NCBI GenBank assembly: GCA_046116545.1
Contig: CP175956.1
Location: 257,734 to 321,733, forward strand
Direction of reading: 5' to 3'
DNA: 64,000 bases
Origin: Candidatus Moraniibacteriota bacterium
Lineage (GTDB): Bacteria > Patescibacteriota > Minisyncoccia > Moranbacterales > GCA-2747515
Shown in pieces: positions 1 to 11,440 of the stretch. Made by a program: the position numbers and the translations under genes. The notes beneath the pieces were generated by a model. It worked only from the letters and a program-made list of their open reading frames with translations, did not search any database and had not been told where the DNA came from. Position 1 is the first letter of the stretch, and the number at the start of each line of letters is the position of its first letter.

Positions 1-135
1 AACATTTCTTACAACAACCATTATAATAGACGCTAATACACCAATAATTGCTATCACAATTAGAAGTTCTATTAAAGTAAAGCCTTTTTTCTCACCTCTA
101 TTTTTATTTGTTTTATTATTTCTTTTACAAAACAT
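1..135 (-). CDS. Type IV pilin / prepilin-type protein, 5' part (runs off window start)
   Basis: Read manually: ATG at 135, MFCKRNNKTNKNRGEKKG|[27 protein letters not shown], class III signal peptide with G|FTLIE motif; not in ORF track. Confidence 0.9.
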   Translation of the reverse strand, partial: MFCKRNNKTNKNRGEKKGFTLIELLIVIAIIGVLASIIMVVVRNV

Positions 136-197
136 TTTTTAAAAAAATAAATTAGTAAAAATTATTCTTTTCTATTTACTTTGATAATAACATGAAA

Positions 198-1130
198 CTA
201 CAAAACATGCTCGAAATATTTTATAGTTTTTTTAAGTCCCTCTTCAATTTTAATTTTTGGTTTCCAATCCAACTTTTCTTTTGCTAATGTAATATCTGGT
301 TTTCTCCTCTGTGGATCATCTTGTGGCAATTCCATATAGACTATTTTACTTTTTGAACCTGGAACCATTTTAATAATCTTTTCTGCTAACTCCTTAATAG
401 TAAATTCATCAGGATTCCCCATATTAACAGGACCTACAAAATCAATATCATTATTCATCATACGTACAAAACCTTCAATTAAATCATCAATGTACTGAAA
501 GCTTCGTGTCTGAGAACCATCTCCATAAATTGTTATATCTTCATTTTTCAAAGCTTGTACTATAAAATTTGATACTACTCTCCCATCATTTGCGTGCATA
601 TAAGGACCATATGTATTAAAAATACGCACAATACGAATATCTAAATTATGCTGTCGATGATAATCACAAAATAATGTTTCTGCACAACGCTTTCCTTCAT
701 CATAACAAGACCTAACACCTGTTACATTCACATTGCCACAATAATCTTCAGGCTGTGGATGCACTTCTGGATCACCATACACCTCTGATGTGGAAGCCTG
801 CAAAATCTTAGCACCTGTGCGTTTTGCAAGTCCAAGCATATTTATAGCACCATGAACAGAAGTTTTAGTTGTTTGTACGGGATCATGCTGATAATGAATT
901 GGAGAAGCTGGACAAGCTAAGTTATAAATCTGATCTACTTCCACATACAATGGAAACGTCACATCATGTCGCAACACTTCAAACTTATAATTATCTAAAA
1001 GTCCCTTAATATTTTCCTTGCTACCTGTAAAAAAATTATCAAGACAAAGAACATCATGTCCATCATCTAGTAATCTTTTACATAAATGAGTGCCTACAAA
1101 TCCTGCTCCTCCAGTTACCAATATTTTCAT
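198..1130 (-). CDS. UDP-glucuronate decarboxylase (UDP-xylose synthase), extended SDR family
   Basis: GGAGFVG Rossmann motif, [25 protein letters not shown] (YxxxK), GRVVSNF typical of UXS. Confidence 0.9.
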   Translation of the reverse strand: MKILVTGGAGFVGTHLCKRLLDDGHDVLCLDNFFTGSKENIKGLLDNYKFEVLRHDVTFPLYVEVDQIYNLACPASPIHYQHDPVQTTKTSVHGAINMLGLAKRTGAKILQASTSEVYGDPEVHPQPEDYCGNVNVTGVRSCYDEGKRCAETLFCDYHRQHNLDIRIVRIFNTYGPYMHANDGRVVSNFIVQALKNEDITIYGDGSQTRSFQYIDDLIEGFVRMMNNDIDFVGPVNMGNPDEFTIKELAEKIIKMVPGSKSKIVYMELPQDDPQRRKPDITLAKEKLDWKPKIKIEEGLKKTIKYFEHVL

Positions 1131-1135
1131 ACTTT

Positions 1136-2395
1136 TTATTTAACAAATTTTTTAATAATATATCGTAACCATACGATTCCAATACTGTAATTTATTATAA
1201 GACCGATTAATAAAACCTCAATTGAAAAAATATCTAAATACACCATCAATCCCAAATAACTCATCATTAAAATAACCCTGACGAATAAAGAAATTATTCC
1301 TTTTAAAAAAATCCTATTCGAGTATGTTGCTATGACTGGCCAATATAAAGATGATGCAAAAACTACTGTACCAAATAAGGCGAAGAGAATGGCATATATA
1401 ATATTATACACAAAACTACTGCCATACAAAACTATTGCTACAGAAACACATGCAAACAAAAAAAACATAATAGGAATAAATCCAATCTTTAAAATATGAT
1501 CTATCCTTTTTGCAATTGATGCTTTATTTTTATGACCTGAAGTATATACAAAAAAAACATTATGTAAAATCATAGACAAAAAGCCTGAAATAACAATAGA
1601 AGATGTGTAGTATGCAGAATATAAACCGAGTGCATCCAATCCCATATATCGTTTTATGAACATTTTATCTACTAAGACAAAAACTGTTGTGAGTATTGCG
1701 ACTACCACAAATAAAAAACCTAGTTTCAATAACTTTTTTATATAGTTGATGCGGATATACTTTATATTTATTTTTTTTCTAAGTATAACTAAAAAACATA
1801 TAGATATGAAAAATCCACTAATAATCATGGCTTCAATGAAACTTATAGCTGTAAGACTCTCAGTTACAAAAAAAAGTAAAAATGACATTACTAAAATAAG
1901 TATTGCATCTAAAATACGAAAAAATACTTGCTGTTTGAATAAAAAAAGCCCCCTTGATATTCCATCAAAAAATAATCGTAACCCAACACTAATTGATAAT
2001 AAGAATATCAAAGCAACCATTATTTCATCAAGAATAGCAAAATTAAATATCACAAAAAATAATATGCTATATAGACAAATACTAACTAAAATAGCAAATA
2101 CAGCAGATGATATATATTCTTTATGCTTTTTTGCATCAGATGCCAGTTTCTTAGCTATAGCAACATCTAAACCGCTTGTTACAACAGTTCGGAGTGCTTG
2201 TGCTGCAATGATGACAATACTAACAATTCCATACTGTTCAACACCTAATTGTCTACCAATGAATATATTAACAAAAAACATTATTCCACTTGCAATGGAA
2301 ATACCTAAAAAAGATAGAATTAGATCATTAACAATTTTTTCATTTTGTAATTCAATCCCAATTTTTTGTAAATTTTTTATAATAATTACATTCAT
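1136..2395 (-). CDS. Wzx-like oligosaccharide flippase
   Basis: About 12 TM segments, RQLGVEQYG and DKMFI..MG...LGLYS motifs of polysaccharide exporters; GT cluster context. Confidence 0.8.
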   Translation of the reverse strand: MNVIIIKNLQKIGIELQNEKIVNDLILSFLGISIASGIMFFVNIFIGRQLGVEQYGIVSIVIIAAQALRTVVTSGLDVAIAKKLASDAKKHKEYISSAVFAILVSICLYSILFFVIFNFAILDEIMVALIFLLSISVGLRLFFDGISRGLFLFKQQVFFRILDAILILVMSFLLFFVTESLTAISFIEAMIISGFFISICFLVILRKKINIKYIRINYIKKLLKLGFLFVVVAILTTVFVLVDKMFIKRYMGLDALGLYSAYYTSSIVISGFLSMILHNVFFVYTSGHKNKASIAKRIDHILKIGFIPIMFFLFACVSVAIVLYGSSFVYNIIYAILFALFGTVVFASSLYWPVIATYSNRIFLKGIISLFVRVILMMSYLGLMVYLDIFSIEVLLIGLIINYSIGIVWLRYIIKKFVK

Positions 2396-3447
2396 ATACT
2401 AACTATTTCTTTATATCTTCTGAGCTTTAAATAAAAAATTGTAATTTTCCCCAACAAAACACTTTTTGATTTTTTGATTTTTTTTTGCATTATATCAACT
2501 TCCTTTTTTGATAATTTTTCATGTAACTTTATTGTATCTTTATATTGTTTCATTAACAACTGACAAGCATTTTCTATAGAATGTTCTTTTTTGATAATTT
2601 CATAAATGTCTATAGCAATGCTTGGATCGTATTTCTGTAATAATTGTTCAAAAGATTTTTGATTTATTTGTTTTTGAAACCTTCTGCCTGAAAAATTATT
2701 TTCCCTTACTTTATAATATTTTTCCACTGTAATAAATCCATCTGAACCATGTTTATCATAAATGATTACGTTACGCTTACAAGTCATCGCCTCTATAGCA
2801 CCTTTACCTAACGTCACTACGATATCTGCCCTATTTATATAATTTTCAACATTATCAACCATATTTTCTGGTAAACCAACATGAACTAGTGATATATCAA
2901 GCTTACTACAAACTGACTCAATGATATGTTTTACATTTTTAGTATAATGATTACTAATCACAAGAACATTTTTCAAAACAGAATTTACCTTTTTATGTTC
3001 TTGAAAACGAACAAAATCTACAAAATTTCTAATAATACTAATTTTTTTTATATCAATATTGTGCCTTTTCACTAAATTATCACGCACTTCTTCACTCACT
3101 GCAACATATGAAGTAATGTTAATATCAATAAATGGAGGTTGTTCTATTTTTGGTAAAACACCATGTGACATAAATATCATCGGAACATTCGGAAAAATAG
3201 CTCTAGTAAATATTGCTACTATATTATGATGAGCATGTATTATATCAAAATCAATATTTGCAATATCAAGAAGATTACTAGTAACATGGATGCCATCATC
3301 AAAAATATCTTGCCCACTCATGCCTATTAGTGGGCTATATACAAATACTTCATACTTACTTTTGTGAAAATACCTTGCTATATCTATTACATAATTTTCA
3401 GTTCCAGCATAATTTAAGAGAGAGTAATTTGTAATTAAAATTTTCAT
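2392..3447 (-). CDS. Glycosyltransferase, GT-B fold (GT4-like)
   Basis: MKILIT..GTE start, FDIIHAH, VAVSEEV, IRNFVD, AIEAM motif. Confidence 0.75.
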   Translation of the reverse strand: MKILITNYSLLNYAGTENYVIDIARYFHKSKYEVFVYSPLIGMSGQDIFDDGIHVTSNLLDIANIDFDIIHAHHNIVAIFTRAIFPNVPMIFMSHGVLPKIEQPPFIDINITSYVAVSEEVRDNLVKRHNIDIKKISIIRNFVDFVRFQEHKKVNSVLKNVLVISNHYTKNVKHIIESVCSKLDISLVHVGLPENMVDNVENYINRADIVVTLGKGAIEAMTCKRNVIIYDKHGSDGFITVEKYYKVRENNFSGRRFQKQINQKSFEQLLQKYDPSIAIDIYEIIKKEHSIENACQLLMKQYKDTIKLHEKLSKKEVDIMQKKIKKSKSVLLGKITIFYLKLRRYKEIVSI

Positions 3448-3495
3448 ATTAAAATTGTACCATATGCCAATGCATACGCAATGTAAATAATATAT

Positions 3496-4518
3496 TTATT
3501 TCTTTTTTGACTTAAAAAAATTAATTCCGTATTCATCAAACCAACTAGAGATATCTCGTACAGTTTTTCCTTTCTGAATGGAAGTTCTTTTTCTTAATAG
3601 TTTTCTAAGATTGATTCCGACATCCCATATTCCTCGTATTGTCACAATAGCTAGATCCTTGATACTAATATTTTTTCGAAATTTACTAACGGTACCTTTT
3701 TTAAAAAAAGAGAGCACTAGTAAATAAGGATACCGTATAAAAGATAATAAAATTGCCCTACAAAAATATACAAATGGATAATTTTTAATTATATTATAAA
3801 ATAAATTTCTATTGGTATAAAATGCAATAAATTCAGAATACCCTCCAGAAGTAGCATTTTTATGATGATATACTACCGCCTCTGGCATATACATGCATCT
3901 CCATCCACGCAACCGTGCTCTCCATCCCATATCCAAATCTTCAAAATAATATTCATAATCCTCATCAAAAAACATTCCGTCCTGTTTGATATCATTAAGA
4001 AGTCTTGCTGTAAATAAAGCTGCTGCTCCAGTCGGACAAAATACTTCACACTTTTCATTTGCCATTTTAGATTGTTCATTTAATAATCTATTCACTGCCA
4101 TACCATCTGAACTTATTTGCAATCCAGTAGAATCAATTTTATTTTTCTCATTATAAAATAAAACTTTTGGTGCAACCATTTCAATCGATTTGTTCTTGTC
4201 TATACCATCAATCAACTCTGTTAAAAATTTTGGTGCAACTTCTGTATCATTATTAAGTAATATAATATTTTCACTTCCTTTATCTATAGCTTTTTGAATT
4301 CCTACATTATTTGCTTTACAAAATCCAGAATTATAACCCATAGCTACTACCATCACATCTTCAAATTTTTCTTGCATTATCTGTATAGATGAATCTTCAG
4401 AACCATTATCCACAACAATAACATCAAAATTGTCATGATTCATCAAAAAAACTGATGCTAAGCATTTTTCTAATAATTCTTCTTTATTATAATTAACTAT
4501 AATTATTGCATTTTTCAT
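3496..4518 (-). CDS. Glycosyltransferase family 2
   Basis: IIIVNYN, VVDNGSED, LLNNDT, YFEDLD motifs. Confidence 0.9.
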   Translation of the reverse strand: MKNAIIIVNYNKEELLEKCLASVFLMNHDNFDVIVVDNGSEDSSIQIMQEKFEDVMVVAMGYNSGFCKANNVGIQKAIDKGSENIILLNNDTEVAPKFLTELIDGIDKNKSIEMVAPKVLFYNEKNKIDSTGLQISSDGMAVNRLLNEQSKMANEKCEVFCPTGAAALFTARLLNDIKQDGMFFDEDYEYYFEDLDMGWRARLRGWRCMYMPEAVVYHHKNATSGGYSEFIAFYTNRNLFYNIIKNYPFVYFCRAILLSFIRYPYLLVLSFFKKGTVSKFRKNISIKDLAIVTIRGIWDVGINLRKLLRKRTSIQKGKTVRDISSWFDEYGINFFKSKKK

Positions 4519-4527
4519 CCTTCTTTT

Positions 4528-5685
4528 TTACAGATTTATATAATATTTTTGAATTATTTTTTGCATTCTTTCATATGAATACTTTTGAACTATTCTTACA
4601 GAATTCTGTGACATTTCATTTAACATTTCATTAGATTCACCAAATAACAATAAATTGCTTTTCTTATACACATCTTCTACATCTTTGCACACAAAGCCAT
4701 TTTCATCATTATTAATAAGTTCTTTTGCCGCATTATCTGGATAATCAATGATTAAAACAGGTACTCCACATGCATTTGACTCGATTACAGTAATTCCAAA
4801 TCCCTCCCGCTCAGACAACTGTATCATCAATTTTGCTGACTTAATTCTAGATATTAATACATCATAATCATCAATGAAATTAATAAACTCAATATTCTCT
4901 GATAACTTATCTGAAAGAATTTTTTCTTTTATTATTTTATCATCAGGACCCTCACCTATAATTAAAGCTTTTATATTATGATTATCAAGTTTAATTCTTT
5001 TAACAATATCAATAATATGTTCAACATGCTTGTGAGCAATAATTCTTCCGTAATAAATTATATCATACTTTTTATATTGATTTGAAACTTTATTAATCCT
5101 ATCAATATCAACACTGATTGGAAAAATTGTCATGATTTTCTCTTTATCTTTCCCAAATGCCCATTGAAGTTTATCTTGTGTAAAATAAGAATTTGCAATA
5201 ATTTTATCACATGATATATAACTAATTTTCTCTAAAAAAACTCCAATAAACCAAAAAAATCCATAGTACTCATGCCAGTATTCCTTTCCCCAATATTCTG
5301 CCCAATAACCCACAATAATGGGCTTTTTCCTTTTAAATATACTTGCTAACCTAGCTGAAATAACTGGAAAATATGGAAAGATTTCTATATCTAAGATATC
5401 ATCATCTGACTTTAATACGTAAAAAAAAGTTGCTATTCCAAAACGCATACTAGACAATATATTCCTTTTACCATTTTTTTTATAGATTTGCGACTGTGAA
5501 CATATACTAATATAATTAATATTTTTAACAAATTTTTCACTGTCTTGCCACCATTTCATAGATACAATTGAAACCTCAAATTGATCTAAATTTTTTAAAA
5601 TTTTAGAATACTCAAAAATTCTTTTTTCTTGTCCACCTATAAAATATGGGTATACCTTATCAGTGATAAATGCGATTTTTTTCAT
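4528..5685 (-). CDS. Glycosyltransferase family 4
   Basis: YPYFIGGQE, YGRIIAHK, SEREGFGITVIE (EX7E) motifs. Confidence 0.9.
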   Translation of the reverse strand: MKKIAFITDKVYPYFIGGQEKRIFEYSKILKNLDQFEVSIVSMKWWQDSEKFVKNINYISICSQSQIYKKNGKRNILSSMRFGIATFFYVLKSDDDILDIEIFPYFPVISARLASIFKRKKPIIVGYWAEYWGKEYWHEYYGFFWFIGVFLEKISYISCDKIIANSYFTQDKLQWAFGKDKEKIMTIFPISVDIDRINKVSNQYKKYDIIYYGRIIAHKHVEHIIDIVKRIKLDNHNIKALIIGEGPDDKIIKEKILSDKLSENIEFINFIDDYDVLISRIKSAKLMIQLSEREGFGITVIESNACGVPVLIIDYPDNAAKELINNDENGFVCKDVEDVYKKSNLLLFGESNEMLNEMSQNSVRIVQKYSYERMQKIIQKYYINL

Positions 5686-5693
5686 AGATTCTT

Positions 5694-6605
5694 CTATTTC
5701 ATTCTATTCATTAATACAACAAGTTCATCATGTCGTCTTTTAATAGAACTAAGTATTAACCCTGCTATAAAACTGATAAAACTTGCTAAAATCAAAAATC
5801 CTGATACAACTAGTGATGGAATATGTGATACAATGCCTGTTTCAAAATACCCCTCTAAACTATACCATCCTAGGACAAAACTTAATGATGATAAAATAAA
5901 TGCTAATATTAAAAAGAAATGTAATGGCTTATAATCTCTAAATAGTGACAATACTGTATATAACACTATTGTTCCATCTTTTACTGTATTTAATTTTGAA
6001 TCACTTCCATCAGACCTTGGTACAAGTGAGATTGGAATTTCTCTCACTATACAACCTCTTTCTATAGCTTGAATCATTATTTCAGGTTCAATTCCAAATC
6101 CACCCGCAAGAATTGCTGTTGACTGCACGAAATCCTTATTCATTGCCCTGAGACCTGATTCCATATCTCTAAATTTTGTAGCAAAACAAATATTAAGTGA
6201 CATCGTAAGAAATTTATTTCCCCACCAATGACTATTACTAAATGCTTTTGTATTATCAATATGTATTCTATCTCCGACTACCATATCAGCCATTCCTTCT
6301 AGTATTGGTTTTATGATCTTATGTGTATCATTTACATTATACGTATCATCACCGTCAATAAGTACTAAAATATCTCCATCAAACTCATTAAAGATTTTCT
6401 GTACAGCAAAGCCCTTTCCCTGTTTTTTTTCAAAGAATACTTCTGCGCCAGCCTTTTTTGCAATCTCTCGAGTTTTGTCAGAAGAATTATTATCAACAAC
6501 AATTATATGAGAATCTGGTAATTCCCTTTGAAAATCTCTTATAACTTTTTCAATTGTTTTTTCCTCATTATAACAAGGTATTCCTATAACTATTTTTTCA
6601 CTCAT
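5694..6605 (-). CDS. GT2 polyprenyl-phosphate glycosyltransferase (DPM1/GtrB-like) with two C-terminal TM helices
   Basis: IPCYNEE, VVDNNSSD, GKGFA, IDGDDT motifs plus C-terminal hydrophobic helices. Confidence 0.85.
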   Translation of the reverse strand: MSEKIVIGIPCYNEEKTIEKVIRDFQRELPDSHIIVVDNNSSDKTREIAKKAGAEVFFEKKQGKGFAVQKIFNEFDGDILVLIDGDDTYNVNDTHKIIKPILEGMADMVVGDRIHIDNTKAFSNSHWWGNKFLTMSLNICFATKFRDMESGLRAMNKDFVQSTAILAGGFGIEPEIMIQAIERGCIVREIPISLVPRSDGSDSKLNTVKDGTIVLYTVLSLFRDYKPLHFFLILAFILSSLSFVLGWYSLEGYFETGIVSHIPSLVVSGFLILASFISFIAGLILSSIKRRHDELVVLMNRMK

Positions 6606-6609
6606 ATTT

Positions 6610-8289
6610 TTATTTCAATTTAAATACGGTAAATTCCATAAACCTACCTTTGAACTTATCAGATTTAAACGATTGATAGTTCTCTACTAAATCTTTATTT
6701 AATAAAATTGTAGTTGTTAATTGTGTAGATGAAGATACTAAAAATTTTGCATCAAAATCATTTTTTATAGAATTTATAATCTTTTTACTATTTTCTTTTT
6801 CAATTTGTTTCTTTACAGAATCAGGCTTTCCTTCTAAATATTCTCTTATATCATTAACCTCTTTTTTACAATCACCTTTATTCTCACAATAATAATTATA
6901 TCTGAAAATGTTATAATACTTCCAGTATAATGATTCATCATAACCTTTCAATGTCATAGGTTCAATCCCTGTTGAATATGAATTGTATGAATTTGCAAAA
7001 AATAGCGGTGTAAATAAGCTCCAATTATCTACAAAAACATGATCTCTCTTCTCTGATTTTTTTTCAATCCAACTTGCAACGTTTTTTATAGGTTCTACAT
7101 CAAATTTATTTGCCTTTTCATACATATCTACACAAGCATTAAATACCATAAATAATACAAATATCACAATAGCTACTTTTATAAATTTTGCTAATGATGT
7201 CTCAATCTTAATTAACTTATTATCCAACAAATATGTACTCAGAATTGCTGTCAATAAAAATATGCTTGGTACAAAAAAATCAAAAAATCTTCCACTAAGT
7301 TGTATCGATCCAAACACAGTAGCTATTACAAATATGAATAAGCTATAAATCCAAATACCCTCATTACCCTTTAATTTTAATACACCTCTTTTCTCACTTA
7401 CATAAATAAATATAACAGTTGTAACACAAAATAATAATAATGCTAGCAATATTTTTTCGTTCACAATTCTGCTCATAAAATCAATGGACTGTAACTCAAC
7501 TCCACTTAATGAAATTGATTCAACTTCAACATTTGATTGAATCGCCATTATTGAATTTATAAATTTAAATGCTGAACCAGGAAATCCCGGAAAGAAAGCA
7601 AGTCCTATAAATATTGCTATTACAGTTGCTATAAAATTCTTAATATACATTTTTTGTTCAACTAAATATCTTGCAGTCTCTGCAATACAAACCATGACCA
7701 ATGGCATGAAATATGTTGATTGATGCCACAATACATGAAATATTATAATGAAAAATAATATTTTATATTTTTTTGTAATTATTAAATATAATTCAATAAA
7801 TAATAGAGGTATTATAAGAACAAATGCCCTACCAAGTAATAATCTACTCATAAAGTAAGCAGAACTCATAATAGCTAAAACCCACAAAATTGGATATCTA
7901 ACATTCATTTTTCGCAAAATGAAATAAAATAATGCTAATCCAATGCTGGCATAAAAAGAATCTGCTATATGAATTGCTAACTCCCAATTATTAATATATG
8001 TAAAAGGAATGAGAGAAATTTGATGTAAATTAACAGTATACCGAGCATCACTATTAGCAAGTCCTGATAAATAAATCCAATCAAAATTCTTAACAACTTC
8101 AAGTCCGTCATTTCTTAGAAGACTTGCATACTTAAAATGAAAATAATGGTCATCAACGATAGGATCTCCACTTGAATACACATACATCAAGCTACTAAAT
8201 CCAAACATAAAAACAAAAACAATCATCGACGCAATAAACGGATGATTATTCCAATGGTTTTTAATTTTTCCCACAAAATCACTTATCAT
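6610..8289 (-). CDS. Polytopic membrane protein, probable GT-C-fold glycosyltransferase
   Basis: About 11-13 TM segments, DDHYFH acidic motif in first outer loop, soluble C-terminal domain; lies directly after pilin and before GtrB-like GT2. Confidence 0.55.
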   Translation of the reverse strand: MISDFVGKIKNHWNNHPFIASMIVFVFMFGFSSLMYVYSSGDPIVDDHYFHFKYASLLRNDGLEVVKNFDWIYLSGLANSDARYTVNLHQISLIPFTYINNWELAIHIADSFYASIGLALFYFILRKMNVRYPILWVLAIMSSAYFMSRLLLGRAFVLIIPLLFIELYLIITKKYKILFFIIIFHVLWHQSTYFMPLVMVCIAETARYLVEQKMYIKNFIATVIAIFIGLAFFPGFPGSAFKFINSIMAIQSNVEVESISLSGVELQSIDFMSRIVNEKILLALLLFCVTTVIFIYVSEKRGVLKLKGNEGIWIYSLFIFVIATVFGSIQLSGRFFDFFVPSIFLLTAILSTYLLDNKLIKIETSLAKFIKVAIVIFVLFMVFNACVDMYEKANKFDVEPIKNVASWIEKKSEKRDHVFVDNWSLFTPLFFANSYNSYSTGIEPMTLKGYDESLYWKYYNIFRYNYYCENKGDCKKEVNDIREYLEGKPDSVKKQIEKENSKKIINSIKNDFDAKFLVSSSTQLTTTILLNKDLVENYQSFKSDKFKGRFMEFTVFKLK

Positions 8290-8373
8290 AAAACTGCAAT
8301 CTCCTCATAATTCAATCTAAAAAATTCTATATACTTGCCATTATTATCAACAGCAAGTATAAGAATTTTCAAA

Positions 8374-8766
8374 CTAACATCCTGTCGGTCCAAATGTACA
8401 ACCTGTTTGTGTACATTGCGCCCAACACTCAGTTCCTCTAAATGTAGCATTATAAGTAAAACTACCATTCACAACATCTGTCGTAAATGCAGCTCCACTC
8501 CAAGCTCCTGATGTCTCTAGCTGTGGCCAATGACCTTCACTATTTGCACATACAGGGCCGTTTGCAACTGAAGTAGGATTGATAATCTCTGCAGAATCAT
8601 CCATACACAAAATTGCAGCTGGTACAGTTGAAGAAATTGATGACTTCACTGATGCATCCTTAGCCTTTTGTCGTGCGCTATTCAATGATACCAAGACAAT
8701 AGATGCCAAAATACCAATGATTGCGATTACGATCAATAGCTCGATTAATGTAAAACCTTTTTTCAT
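8374..8766 (-). CDS. Type IV pilin (probable major pilin)
   Basis: MKKG|[31 protein letters not shown], several C-terminal Cys; strong SD GGAGGT upstream. Confidence 0.92.
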   Translation of the reverse strand: MKKGFTLIELLIVIAIIGILASIVLVSLNSARQKAKDASVKSSISSTVPAAILCMDDSAEIINPTSVANGPVCANSEGHWPQLETSGAWSGAAFTTDVVNGSFTYNATFRGTECWAQCTQTGCTFGPTGC

Positions 8767-8845
8767 GTTATTGTCACCTCCATTCTTTTTTTATTTTTAT
8801 CTTTACTTAACTATTATACACTATAAAACTTAAATTAGCCAAAAG

Positions 8846-8854
8846 TTATCCACA
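8846..8854 (+). promoter_or_regulatory. Perfect DnaA box just upstream of the pilin promoter
   Basis: TTATCCACA in intergenic DNA, adjacent to a minus-strand TTGGCT-N18-TATAAT promoter candidate. Confidence 0.4.
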
Positions 8855-9012
8855 GGATACAATTCTATATACTGCGCGACAATAATTGATTCACCTCAAT
8901 ATAACACAAGTAACTCATAATTCAATGTACAGCATATATAATATTATCAGATATTATTTATATAATAATATCATGAAATAATTCTAATCATATCCCTCAT
9001 TAAGATGCTGAC

Positions 9013-9046
9013 AAAAAAAGACAAGTTTCTATACTTGTCTTTTTTT
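9013..9046. terminator. Intrinsic terminator after pilC
   Basis: AAAAAAAGACAAGT-ttctat-ACTTGTCTTTTTTT. Confidence 0.8.
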
Positions 9047-9067
9047 ATTAATTTATATATTTTATAT

Positions 9068-10276
9068 CTATAATTGTCCTGCTATATTGTATATTGGTAA
9101 TAATACAGAAAATACTAATACACCAACACCTAGACCAAGGAATACTATCAATATTGGTTCTATTATTGATGATAAATTCCTTGTTATTTGATCAACTTCT
9201 GCATTATAAAACCTAGCTATATCAGTTAAGATATCACTCAACCTACCTGTTTCTTCTCCAATTTTTATCATACTTGAAACCATTGGCGGAAACTCTTCAT
9301 GTTTAAAAAATTCTGTATTTATATCCCCTCCCATCTTAACGTCTTGAGCTGCTTTTAATATTATATTTTTATACACTATATTATCTACAACATCTGCAAC
9401 CACTATAAGAGCTCTTACAATAGGAATTCCTCCTTGTAATAACACTGATAGATTCTCTGTAAATCTAGTTATGTATACGTACCTAAACAACTGTCCAACT
9501 ACTGGTAATTTCAATTTAACCTTATCCCATTCTTTACTACCATCTTCACTTTTAATATAATAGATAATTCCTGCAATAACACCAAAAACTACAAGTAATA
9601 TTGCCCACCAATACACCTGCATAAAATCTCCAATTTTTATCATTACACCAGTATACCAAGGTATCTCTACATCCAAATCTCTAATTACTCCAGTTAATTT
9701 TGGCAAAATCCAAGTCATTGTAAGAAATCCTATTACACCAGCAACACTAATAACAAATGCTGGATACATTAATGCTCCCTGGATCTTATTTTTCAATTGA
9801 TAATTCTGTTCAGCACTTTCTGCAACGAAATCAATTGCTCCTTGCAAATTACCCGAAACTTCACCAGCACGTATCATACTTATTGCCAATGTTGTAAATA
9901 TTTTTTCGTGTTTTCCAAAAGCTTCTGAAACTGACATACCATCTTCAACATCATTTGCCACTTCTGCAATCACAAGCTTTAATTGTGCATTTTCTGTCTG
10001 ATCATGAATCGTTCTTAGAGATGGTGCTATTGGAATTTTTGCACCAACCAACGTTGAAAACTCTCTGTAAAATAACAGGAGATCTTTATTATTTACAGAT
10101 GAGGTTAATCTTTCTATCATACCTGCAGCTGATTCACTTTGCTTTATTTCCTTTATCTGTAATGGTATTAAATCATTCTTTTGCAATAATTGATTTGCCA
10201 TCTCTTGATCAACAGCATCAATATTACCTCGCTTAATCTTACCTTCTCTAGTTTTAGCTTTGAATTTAAATTGCAT
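9068..10276 (-). CDS. pilC: Type IV pilus platform protein PilC (T2SS F family)
   Basis: Two GspF repeats, AGEVSGNL, ALMYPAFV, IGEETGRL, IEPILI. Confidence 0.95.
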   Translation of the reverse strand: MQFKFKAKTREGKIKRGNIDAVDQEMANQLLQKNDLIPLQIKEIKQSESAAGMIERLTSSVNNKDLLLFYREFSTLVGAKIPIAPSLRTIHDQTENAQLKLVIAEVANDVEDGMSVSEAFGKHEKIFTTLAISMIRAGEVSGNLQGAIDFVAESAEQNYQLKNKIQGALMYPAFVISVAGVIGFLTMTWILPKLTGVIRDLDVEIPWYTGVMIKIGDFMQVYWWAILLVVFGVIAGIIYYIKSEDGSKEWDKVKLKLPVVGQLFRYVYITRFTENLSVLLQGGIPIVRALIVVADVVDNIVYKNIILKAAQDVKMGGDINTEFFKHEEFPPMVSSMIKIGEETGRLSDILTDIARFYNAEVDQITRNLSSIIEPILIVFLGLGVGVLVFSVLLPIYNIAGQL

Positions 10277-10301
10277 AGTTTTAATTTACAAATAGATATT
10301 T

Positions 10302-11402
10302 CTATTCTTCTATATGAATTTGTTCCCCACGTCCAACTAACATTCGTACATAATCCCGATTTTTTGCATATGTCATAGCATGATCTAACGTAATATCACC
10401 TGCCTGTAATAATTCAGCTAATGATTTATCAAGAGAAATCATACCTTCTTTTTGAGATGTTTCTATAACTGTATCTATTTGGTATGTTTTATCTTCACGT
10501 ATTAAATTTTCAACTGCATTATTTTTTATCATTATTTCTACAGCTGGTATACGTCCACCATTTGTATGAGGTATGAGCCTTTGAGACATTACTCCTAAAA
10601 GTACATTTGCTAACTGCGAACGCACTTGATTTTGTTGATGTGATGCAAATGAATCAATAATACGATCAACTGTTTGTGATGCATCATTTGTATGTAAAGT
10701 TGCAAAAATTAAATGTCCTGTTTCTGCTGCTGTAATAGCTGTACTAATTGTCTCAACATCACGCAACTCACCTAATAATATTACATTGGCATCCTCACGG
10801 AGTGCTGCACGAAGTGCACCTGAAAAACTTTGTGTGTCCTGCCCAAGTTCACGTTGATTAATAATGCAACGATCCTGCTCATACATATACTCAATAGGAT
10901 CTTCAATTGTTACAATATGATGTTTTTTATTATGATTAATGTAATCAATAAGTGCTGCTAATGTTGTTGATTTACCATGTCCCATAGGACCTGTTACAAG
11001 AAATAACCCTTGTGAAAAATTTGCAAACTCATACACAAGTTGTGGCACACCAAGTTCCTCCAAGGGATGAATCTCACTGCTAATAACACGCATAACAACA
11101 CCAACATAACCTCTTTGATAAAATACATTTGTACGAAAACGCACTTTATCCTCCAAGCTATATGCAAAGTCAACTTCACCGTCTTTGACAAATTGTTCTT
11201 TGGTATTCGAAGTCATAAGGTATTCAGCATATTGCTTAGTATCATCTGGAGTAAGTACTGCCTCTTGCTCTAACGGAATTAACTTACCATCAATTCTAAA
11301 CGTTGGATGTCGTCCTACTGCAAAATGCAAATCAGATGCATTTTGTTGTGCACCCAACCTTAATAAATTTTTGATTTTTTGTTCTACATGTAAAGAGCTC
11401 AT
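10302..11402 (-). CDS. pilT: Type IV pilus retraction ATPase PilT
   Basis: ASDLH, GPMGHGKSTT Walker A, TIEDPIE, ALRED, AAETGHL, TLHTN, AVENLIRE. Confidence 0.93.
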   Translation of the reverse strand: MSSLHVEQKIKNLLRLGAQQNASDLHFAVGRHPTFRIDGKLIPLEQEAVLTPDDTKQYAEYLMTSNTKEQFVKDGEVDFAYSLEDKVRFRTNVFYQRGYVGVVMRVISSEIHPLEELGVPQLVYEFANFSQGLFLVTGPMGHGKSTTLAALIDYINHNKKHHIVTIEDPIEYMYEQDRCIINQRELGQDTQSFSGALRAALREDANVILLGELRDVETISTAITAAETGHLIFATLHTNDASQTVDRIIDSFASHQQNQVRSQLANVLLGVMSQRLIPHTNGGRIPAVEIMIKNNAVENLIREDKTYQIDTVIETSQKEGMISLDKSLAELLQAGDITLDHAMTYAKNRDYVRMLVGRGEQIHIEE

Positions 11403-11440
11403 TTTATATTTTAATTTTAATTTTATAATCTTCTTTATAT

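Noticed and set aside
1746-2402. 218-aa plus-strand ORF
   Set aside because: Antisense shadow of the Wzx flippase; I/K/N-rich composition mirrors the hydrophobic codons.
4406-4414. Second TTATCCACA
   Set aside because: Lies in the GT2 coding motif VVDN and is explained by codons; no box cluster or dnaA to indicate oriC.
8286-8468. 60-aa ORF overlapping the pilin 3' end
   Set aside because: Alternative frame with no SD or motif; the pilin frame is clearly the real gene.
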